A stretch of DNA of 33,197 nt, from positions 1 to 33,197 of IMG/VR virus record IMGVR_UViG_3300043391_000060; one strand, given 5' to 3'. The translations under genes were made by a program, and so were the position numbers. The notes beneath the pieces are model-generated. The model was not told the DNA's origin, did not search any database, and worked only from the letters and a program-made list of their open reading frames with translations. This DNA is from a virus. Taxonomy: Duplodnaviria > Caudoviricetes. Positions 26,987 through 33,197 of this stretch are shown here, one piece after another (the stretch's first letter is position 1; each line of letters opens with the position of its first letter).

Positions 26987-27211
26987 ATGAATATTGATGA
27001 AAAAACATTGTTATCTGAAAAAGAATTATTGACAAAAGATTTTAATTCTATTTCGGAAAAAATTAAACAAGTTGAGATCGAATTAGGAAGCATGAGAAGT
27101 AATTTAAATGCTATCTATGGTGCTCTTCAACAAACAGACAAACTTTTAAAGATGAGTGAGACAAGAATTACTTACTCAAATGAAATAAAGGATTCAAATG
27201 AAAAGATTTAA
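26987..27211 (+). CDS. small coiled-coil protein (start re-assigned to ATG 26987)
   Basis: Heptad-like pattern; non-overlapping ATG. Confidence 0.6.
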   Translation: MNIDEKTLLSEKELLTKDFNSISEKIKQVEIELGSMRSNLNAIYGALQQTDKLLKMSETRITYSNEIKDSNEKI

Positions 27212-27746
27212 ATCTTATATTATTGAAAAAGATTTAAATGAATTTGAAGAAGATTGTTTATTAAATGAAACTAAAAAGGAAAAAGAAATGAAAAGTTTTA
27301 AACAACATATAAAAGAAGCTAGCTATGAAGGTGATGCACAAGGTGTAGGCACAACAGATAATAATAATTCTGTTGAAGATAGCCGTATGGGTGCTCATAA
27401 CATAGAAAATGCAGAAGTGTTAAAACAAGTTAACGCTTTTGTTGGTTCAATAGCTGCACGTGAATATTTGGTTCCACTTCATGCTGTAAGTGAATTAAGA
27501 GAAAAACTAGGTAGACTAGGTTTATCTTTTGATAACAACGTAACGTTACCAGAAAATGGTAATGGTTCAGTTGTTGTTACACTTAAACAATTTGGTGGTA
27601 GATACGGTAAAGACACTGATTCTAAACCAGATGAAGTAATTAATGATGACGGCATTAGCCACAGAAAAGAAGGCGGATTGAAGCTTGAGTTTAACTTTGA
27701 AAAATTAAATAATAATAGTTCAAAGGTTTACGCTAAGCTAATCTAA
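27198..27746 (+). CDS. hypothetical protein with two capsid-targeting-like motifs; alternative start at 27288
   Basis: MKRFKSYIIE, then internal MKSFKQHIKE preceded by AAGGA. Confidence 0.65.
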   Translation: MKRFKSYIIEKDLNEFEEDCLLNETKKEKEMKSFKQHIKEASYEGDAQGVGTTDNNNSVEDSRMGAHNIENAEVLKQVNAFVGSIAAREYLVPLHAVSELREKLGRLGLSFDNNVTLPENGNGSVVVTLKQFGGRYGKDTDSKPDEVINDDGISHRKEGGLKLEFNFEKLNNNSSKVYAKLI

Positions 27747-27754
27747 GATTAGCA

Positions 27755-28117
27755 ATGTTTAAACAGATTACCAAAGAAAATTGGTTATTGTTTGCACAAC
27801 ATAATTATGATAACCCTACTCTGGAACAAGAGAAGGAATTTTACGAAGATTTAAAAAGATTTAAATATCTTAAAAGATTGTTTCGTAAATACGTGTTTAC
27901 TGGCGATTTAAATATTAGATTGGTAGTAAATCATATTATAGTGTTGCAAAATGTCTTTGGTGTAGAAGCTGCAGTTACATTATTGTTATATAAATTAGAT
28001 GCTCGATTTTGGCCTTCTTTAAAATCTGTTTTAGATTACTTAAATTATTTGTATCCACATGAGTTACAAGAAGTAGATGCTGATAAAAAAGTTTTAGAAA
28101 TACTAAAAGGATTATAA
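27755..28117 (+). CDS. conserved T4-like hypothetical protein
   Basis: YDNP...EFYEDLKRFKYLKRLF...NHIIVLQNVFG family pattern. Confidence 0.75.
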   Translation: MFKQITKENWLLFAQHNYDNPTLEQEKEFYEDLKRFKYLKRLFRKYVFTGDLNIRLVVNHIIVLQNVFGVEAAVTLLLYKLDARFWPSLKSVLDYLNYLYPHELQEVDADKKVLEILKGL

Positions 28118-28587
28118 TGGCAAATAGACTAGTAGATTTATTAATTACTTATAGAATAGTAAAATTAATATCAACACCATGGGAACAACAAGAGGCCTAT
28201 AAGTTTGGCATCATTGATCGTAATGGTAAAGTTTTAAGAAAAGCAAATAAGTTAAATACAGAAGCTGAAAAAGATTCTTATACGGTATTACATAGATTTT
28301 GTTTTAACTTAAAACGAATACTACAAAAAATGGGGTTAGGATCTTCATTATCTTCCTTTGCAGTGGCATTAGCTTTCATTCTAAAAGAAGATAAAGAACT
28401 TCAAAAGCATAAATCCTTAATAGAAAGTACAGTAGTATCTTATCTTAAACAGATTAATGTATATGATAAGTTGTTAAATGAAGTTAGAGTTATAAAAGAA
28501 AGTAATGAAGAACCTTTTATGACTTGTTTTGGAATAGACGTATATGAAAAAGATGGAGAATTAATATCAGAATATGAAAAAATTTAA
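28117..28587 (+). CDS. conserved T4-like hypothetical protein
   Basis: YRIVKLISTPW...AYKFGIID.NGK...NLKRIL. Confidence 0.72.
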   Translation: MANRLVDLLITYRIVKLISTPWEQQEAYKFGIIDRNGKVLRKANKLNTEAEKDSYTVLHRFCFNLKRILQKMGLGSSLSSFAVALAFILKEDKELQKHKSLIESTVVSYLKQINVYDKLLNEVRVIKESNEEPFMTCFGIDVYEKDGELISEYEKI

Positions 28588-28999
28588 AAATTTTAGAGAA
28601 ATTAATCAAACTTGTAAAACTGGTGAGTATTATTGTAATACAGATCAAAAATGTAAACCAATACCTTCAGGTTATAAAGTAGATGACAAGGGAATATTAG
28701 TACAAGAAGATGCACCTGCAAATAATGTAGGTGGTGGTAACATTGCAGGTGTAGGAGTAGGGCCTGCTGGTGAGCCTGGCATTAAAAAGAAAAAGAAAAA
28801 ATCTATAGTAATGGGTATGCTGAAAAGAAAAGTACAAGAAAATACTGATAACAATAACGTTATGTTAAAACAAGTATTAGATGGTTTAGATAAGACAGAT
28901 TTATTTATAGATAATATGAACCAACCAAAACAAACAGAAATCAAAGTCATCAAAGAACAACCTAAAAAATCATTTAAAGAAAAATATAACATAAAATAA
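28574..28999 (+). CDS. low-complexity probable head-associated protein
   Basis: MKKFKNFRE; CKTGEYYCNTDQKCKPIP; EDAPANNVGGGNIAG. Confidence 0.6.
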   Translation: MKKFKNFREINQTCKTGEYYCNTDQKCKPIPSGYKVDDKGILVQEDAPANNVGGGNIAGVGVGPAGEPGIKKKKKKSIVMGMLKRKVQENTDNNNVMLKQVLDGLDKTDLFIDNMNQPKQTEIKVIKEQPKKSFKEKYNIK

Positions 29000-29562
29000 T
29001 GACTAAAAAAACATTTAAATCTTTTAAAGAATTTGCAAAAGATTACCTTAAAGAATATGATGATGCTAATTTTGCTGGTATCGGAGGATTTTCTATTGGT
29101 AGTATGGACTCTATGAAACCTACGGCAGATTTAGGAGACACAGCTCCAAGAAATCAAGGTACAGGTGATAGTAGAGGAACTATGGCCGTTATGCCTTCTA
29201 AAAATATTCAACATAAATTACATAAAAAAGATCATAAGAAAAAAGACGATAAAGGTAAAACAATGACAGGTCATTCTTTAACTAGAGTTGATACTACGCC
29301 AACAATGACTGATACACAAGATATTAAAGATGTTGTAGATCATGTAATACCAAATTTACAGTTTGTAAACGAGAACGTTGCTAGAGAAAGCGTAACAAGA
29401 ATAGAAACATCTAGTCATTCTATCGTTCATAAGATTCAGGCCGCTACTAATATGGCAGAGAGAGCCAAAGTAGCATCTGAAAGAAGCAGCGACCTTATAG
29501 TTAAACAACAACTGAATGCTGCTTATAACGTCTATAAGACTTACATAGACAAAAACAAATAA
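28999..29562 (+). CDS. hypothetical protein with capsid-targeting-like N-terminus
   Basis: KTFKSFKEFAKDYLKE. Confidence 0.6.
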   Translation: MTKKTFKSFKEFAKDYLKEYDDANFAGIGGFSIGSMDSMKPTADLGDTAPRNQGTGDSRGTMAVMPSKNIQHKLHKKDHKKKDDKGKTMTGHSLTRVDTTPTMTDTQDIKDVVDHVIPNLQFVNENVARESVTRIETSSHSIVHKIQAATNMAERAKVASERSSDLIVKQQLNAAYNVYKTYIDKNK

Positions 29563-29576
29563 AAAGGAGTCAAGAA

Positions 29577-29702
29577 ATGATTAAGATACTAGTATTAATC
29601 GTAATAGGTATAGTTATTGGTTGGTACGTTCCAAGACCAGCTATAGTTGATACCGTAGTAAACAAAGCTAAGGATATTATAAATAATATCAAAGTTTATT
29701 AA
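29577..29702 (+). CDS. 41-aa single-pass membrane peptide, not in the ORF track
   Basis: AAGGAG ribosome site; MIKILVLIVIGIVIGWYVPRPAIVDTVVNKAKDIINNIKVY. Confidence 0.7.
   Translation: MIKILVLIVIGIVIGWYVPRPAIVDTVVNKAKDIINNIKVY
29678..29685 (+). promoter_or_regulatory. T4-type late promoter upstream of the holin-like gene
   Basis: TATAAATA about 30 nt before ATG 29715. Confidence 0.55.
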
Positions 29703-29714
29703 ATAGGTAATTAT

Positions 29715-30182
29715 ATGTTAAGTTTATTAGGTACACTATTAGGTTTTGGTACTTCCATTATACCATCTATCTTTGATTTCTTTAAAGAAAAATCAAAAAG
29801 GGCAGCTGACTTAGAAGAATTAAAACTTCGAGCAGATATGCAGGCTAGAGGTATTGAACTTAACATTAAACAAGTACAAGCACAGGTCGAAGTAGAAAAT
29901 TCAAAAGCTGAAACTGCCCAAATGGCAGGGCTATATGCACAAGATGCTGCATTAAAAGGTGGGGCATTTATTGATGGCATGAGATCTTCTGTTCGACCTG
30001 TTGTTACTTATATATTCTTTATTTTATTTGTTACAATTAAAATATCAGCTCTGATCGTTTATATGAGATCAGGTGCCAATTTCGTAGATTCAATACCTAA
30101 ACTGTGGGACGAAGAAACAGCTGGATTATTCTCAGCTATCGTTGCTTTCTGGTTTGGTAACAGAGCATTCTCTAAAAAATAA
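29715..30182 (+). CDS. holin-like membrane protein (3TM holin family)
   Basis: RSSVRPVVTY, transmembrane segments, terminal FWFGNR. Confidence 0.65.
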   Translation: MLSLLGTLLGFGTSIIPSIFDFFKEKSKRAADLEELKLRADMQARGIELNIKQVQAQVEVENSKAETAQMAGLYAQDAALKGGAFIDGMRSSVRPVVTYIFFILFVTIKISALIVYMRSGANFVDSIPKLWDEETAGLFSAIVAFWFGNRAFSKK

Positions 30183-30217
30183 TCAATAATATCAATCAAC
30201 ATTAAAGGAAACTTTAT

Positions 30218-30283
30218 ATGGAAATACTTCTCGGAGTTTTTGTAATTATCGTTGCAGGTTACATAATAGTTGGAGATAATTAA
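30218..30283 (+). CDS. possible 21-aa hydrophobic peptide
   Basis: AAGGA ribosome site; MEILLGVFVIIVAGYIIVGDN. Confidence 0.45.
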   Translation: MEILLGVFVIIVAGYIIVGDN

Positions 30284-30412
30284 ATGACTAAAAGATTTAA
30301 AATAATACTTTCAGTTATGTTTATATTAGCATTATTAGCAGGTGCTCGTTATGCCTATTCAAATAATGAGTTAGAAAAAAACGTTATAAATAGTATTACA
30401 AAGAAGAAATAA
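30284..30412 (+). CDS. possible 42-aa membrane or signal-like peptide
   Basis: GGAG ribosome site; MTKRFKIILSVMFILALLAGARYAYS... Confidence 0.5.
   Translation: MTKRFKIILSVMFILALLAGARYAYSNNELEKNVINSITKKK
30385..30392 (+). promoter_or_regulatory. T4-type late promoter
   Basis: TATAAATA 22 nt before ATG 30415. Confidence 0.6.
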
Positions 30413-30414
30413 TT

Positions 30415-30693
30415 ATGGACTTTTTAAAATTAGCAATGGATGTGGGGTTTCCAATAGCAGCTGCCTGTGCTGGTGGTTTCTTTGTATTTTTAACTTTAAA
30501 ATTCATTCTAGCTTCAGTTACAGGTGATGTAAAGAAACTTAGTGGTATTATTGAAGCATTAGATAACAGAGTTAAAACTATGAACGCTGATGTAATTAGA
30601 ATAGATACTTTAGTTAGTTCTACATTAAGAATTAGACCTGATGTAGAAAGAATTGGTCGTGCAAACGGTAAAGAGGATGCCAGAAAAGATTAA
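30415..30693 (+). CDS. membrane protein with coiled coil, paralog A
   Basis: GFPIAAA transmembrane segment; LDNRVKTMNADVIRID. Confidence 0.7.
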   Translation: MDFLKLAMDVGFPIAAACAGGFFVFLTLKFILASVTGDVKKLSGIIEALDNRVKTMNADVIRIDTLVSSTLRIRPDVERIGRANGKEDARKD

Positions 30694-30695
30694 TC

Positions 30696-30956
30696 ATGGG
30701 TAAAGATTTAGCAACACTTATCAATCAGTATGGGTTTCCAATCATAGCGGCCTTTGGTATGGGGTATTTTATATACTTCGTATGGAAATGGGTTACTACA
30801 GAGATTAAACCAGTAATGAGTGAGACCAGTAAGACACTAATAGCATTGGTAGATAGAATAAGAATGTTAGATAATGATCTTATAAGACTTAATACTAAGT
30901 TAAATTTAATATTAGAGTATCAAGAAGAGCAAGAAAAAAATAAAAAAGACAAGTAA
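30696..30956 (+). CDS. membrane protein with coiled coil, paralog B
   Basis: GFPIIAA transmembrane segment; LVDRIRMLDNDLIRLN. Confidence 0.7.
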   Translation: MGKDLATLINQYGFPIIAAFGMGYFIYFVWKWVTTEIKPVMSETSKTLIALVDRIRMLDNDLIRLNTKLNLILEYQEEQEKNKKDK

Positions 30957-30969
30957 ATCAATCAATTTA

Positions 30970-30977
30970 TATAAATA
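30970..30977 (+). promoter_or_regulatory. T4-type late promoter of the curli-like operon
   Basis: TATAAATA 6 nt before ATG 30984. Confidence 0.7.
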
Positions 30978-30983
30978 TAGCGT

Positions 30984-31451
30984 ATGAAAGCACTATTAAA
31001 AATAGTGCTAGTAGCCACTTTTAGTTATTGTTTTTTGATAACTACTGGCACCGCAGGTCCCTTACCTGATTATAATTTCAAAAGTCCCGCTTTTAATGGC
31101 AATGGATACAGTACGCATGAGTTAACTAAGTACAACTTAGAACAAACTCGAGCAAAAGAAATCCAACAATCCATTGAAGCAAAGGCTGCAGCATTAAAAG
31201 CTGAAGCTAAAAATACACCTATTAATCAATTTATGGTTAATTTAGAGTCTAGGATTTATGCTCAGATTAGTCAGAACTTAGCGACAGCAATGTTTGCTGA
31301 TGGAGCATCTTCATCAGGTTCAATGAACTTTCAAGGCAATACTATATTCTGGCAAAAGAATGGAACGACAAGTATTACATTAATGGTAACTGATACACTT
31401 GGTAATCAAACAACAATTGAAGTGCCACTAGGACAGTTTACTTTTAATTAA
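30984..31451 (+). CDS. csgF: curli assembly protein CsgF-like
   Basis: Signal peptide; YNFKSPAFNG; LESRIYAQISQNL; C-terminal TTIEVP; adjacent to csgG. Confidence 0.8.
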   Translation: MKALLKIVLVATFSYCFLITTGTAGPLPDYNFKSPAFNGNGYSTHELTKYNLEQTRAKEIQQSIEAKAAALKAEAKNTPINQFMVNLESRIYAQISQNLATAMFADGASSSGSMNFQGNTIFWQKNGTTSITLMVTDTLGNQTTIEVPLGQFTFN

Positions 31452-31452
31452 T

Positions 31453-32322
31453 ATGATAAAAATATTTTTAATATTAGGATTATTATTCCTATCAAATTGT
31501 GCAATATCACAAAAGGCAGGTTTAGAAACTAAACCTGAAGTTACTGAAATGAAATTGCAAAAAGAGTTCGATAGTATACCAGCACCAGCACAAAAAAAAA
31601 TTACTGTGGCTGTGTATAGTTTCCAAGATAAAACTGGCCAAAGAAGAAATACTCCTAATGTAGCAAGTTTCTCGACAGCTGTAACACAAGGTGCAGAACC
31701 ATTCCTTATTAAGGCATTACAAGATGTTGGTCAAGGATTATGGTTTGATGTTGTAGAAAGAGTTAATATAGATAACTTAATTAAAGAAAGAACTATCATT
31801 AAGCAAATGAGAGATATGTATGAAGGAACAAATTCTAAGAATCTACAACCATTACAGTTTGCAGGTATAGTAGTTGAAGGTGGTATTATAGGTTACGATA
31901 GTGGTATGGAATCAGGTGGTATAGCATATAAGTGGTTAGGTATAGGACCACAATCACAATATTCAAAAGATATTGTAACAGTTAGTTTAAGAGCAATATC
32001 AGTAAGCAGTGGTAAAGTTTTAACCACTATAACAGTAAGTAAAACAATATACAGTACAGGAGATAGTATTGCTATATTAAAAGCCTTTAAAGGTGGTACA
32101 GCATTTTTTGAAGCTGAAACAGGATTGACAATCAACGAACCTACTACTTTAGCAGTAAAAGCAACAGTAGAAGCGGCAGTAGTTGAATTAATAAAAGAAG
32201 GTGAACGTAAAGGTATTTGGTCTTTTAAACCAGAAAAAGAAAATTTGAAAGATTGGTATGAAAATAATAACAATAATATAAAAACAACAAACAACAACGA
32301 GGGAAAAAATGAACAAAAATAA
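31453..32322 (+). CDS. csgG: curli secretion channel CsgG (outer-membrane lipoprotein)
   Basis: Lipobox LSNC; VAVYSFQDKTGQR, FSTAVTQG, WFDVVER, EGGIIGYD, NEP. Confidence 0.92.
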   Translation: MIKIFLILGLLFLSNCAISQKAGLETKPEVTEMKLQKEFDSIPAPAQKKITVAVYSFQDKTGQRRNTPNVASFSTAVTQGAEPFLIKALQDVGQGLWFDVVERVNIDNLIKERTIIKQMRDMYEGTNSKNLQPLQFAGIVVEGGIIGYDSGMESGGIAYKWLGIGPQSQYSKDIVTVSLRAISVSSGKVLTTITVSKTIYSTGDSIAILKAFKGGTAFFEAETGLTINEPTTLAVKATVEAAVVELIKEGERKGIWSFKPEKENLKDWYENNNNNIKTTNNNEGKNEQK

Positions 32323-33197
32323 AATAGTACCTTGCTTGGTAGCGATTCTCATATCTACAGCAGCTTTTGCAGCTGATGACTTAATTTATATAGACCAAGT
32401 AGGTTCTTCATCAGATATAACAGTAACACAAACAGGTGTAGGTAACACGGTAGGTGGTACTAGTGGTGCGGCAGGAACAGGCAATAGAGCATCTATTACA
32501 GGAACAGATCAAACTGTGACCATAACACAAACAGGTGACAGCAACGTATTAAAATTAAAAACACAAGACGTAACAACAACTACAGGTTCAACTACATACA
32601 CAGCCGTTGGAGATAGCAACACTTCTATTATAGACACAGTTAGCACAGGAGCTGGTAATACCATTAGTCAAACAATATATGGTGACAGTAATACTACTAA
32701 CTTAAATATAAGAGGCAACAGTGGTGCTAATACAGTATCAACAACTGTAGGAACAAATAGTGTAGATAGTAATAGTAATACAGTAAATCAAACCATTTAT
32801 GGAACACTTAACACACAAACATTAAGTATTACAGGTGGCAACAGCAATACTGTAACAGTGATGCAAGGCAAAGGTTCTTCATTGACTAATGATGTAGCAG
32901 TGCCAGGCAATTCTACTTCTAATGGTACAGGAACATTATTAGGATTAAATTCTACAACATATGGTTCAGGTTCAATGAGCGACAAGGCCACATCAACAGT
33001 GACTATAGTTGGGGGTAGTAATGATGTAAGAATAGGACAAGTAGGTGGAGATGCTACAGGCAATTCAGCGACAGTAGGAATCACCGGTAGTTCAAATGGT
33101 GTAAGTGTTGCTCAATCAGGACTAGGACATAGTACATCTAGTTTAACTGTAACTGGCGGAAGTAATACGTTAAATTTACAACAATATTCTACATCAG
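32309..33197 (+). CDS. 3'-truncated secreted curlin-like repeat protein, not in the ORF track
   Basis: Open to the window end; signal MNKNKIVPCLVAILISTAAFA; IYIDQVG, QTGVGN, QTGDSN, GDSN, GGSN repeats. Confidence 0.78.
   Translation, partial: MNKNKIVPCLVAILISTAAFAADDLIYIDQVGSSSDITVTQTGVGNTVGGTSGAAGTGNRASITGTDQTVTITQTGDSNVLKLKTQDVTTTTGSTTYTAVGDSNTSIIDTVSTGAGNTISQTIYGDSNTTNLNIRGNSGANTVSTTVGTNSVDSNSNTVNQTIYGTLNTQTLSITGGNSNTVTVMQGKGSSLTNDVAVPGNSTSNGTGTLLGLNSTTYGSGSMSDKATSTVTIVGGSNDVRIGQVGGDATGNSATVGITGSSNGVSVAQSGLGHSTSSLTVTGGSNTLNLQQYSTS

Noticed and set aside
32255-32322. Asn-rich CsgG tail as a functional repeat
   Set aside because: More simply an A-rich spacer read through into the next gene's ribosome site
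1674-33084. All minus-strand ORFs in the track (e.g. 1674..1934, 13783..14097, 31893..32297, 32797..33084)
   Set aside because: They are antisense shadows of well-supported + strand genes, with no motifs or expression signals
1-33197. Stop-codon reassignment
   Set aside because: Core genes are full length in the standard code and coding density is high

Overview
AT-rich segment of a T4-like myovirus genome. All credible genes lie on the + strand. Gene content (T4 replication core, ferredoxin, several 2OG-Fe(II) oxygenases, speD, csgF/csgG) best fits the SAR11-infecting pelagimyophage type, but the host is an inference. Bases 1-16.3 kb hold the replication module (gp45, gp44, gp62, regA, gp43, uvsX, gp41), interleaved with accessory genes and driven by sigma70-like promoters. 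The accessory genes include oxygenases, a tRNA-Gly with the very rare ACC anticodon, a RimK-protease fusion, a ferredoxin, an MT-A70 methyltransferase, a DUF4338-like protein and SpeD. Bases 16.3-29.6 kb form a late region (TATAAATA promoters) with enzyme-like and low-complexity proteins, many starting with a motif like the T4 capsid-targeting sequence. Bases 29.6-33.2 kb hold membrane and holin-like genes and a curli-like csgF-csgG-curlin operon cut by the window end. The most notable items are a possible set of head-packaged, injected enzymes (ligase-like, kinase, dual nucleotidyltransferase, RimK), tRNA-Gly(ACC) placed between gp44 and gp62, and the phage curli system. All family assignments come from motif recognition by eye, with no database searches.
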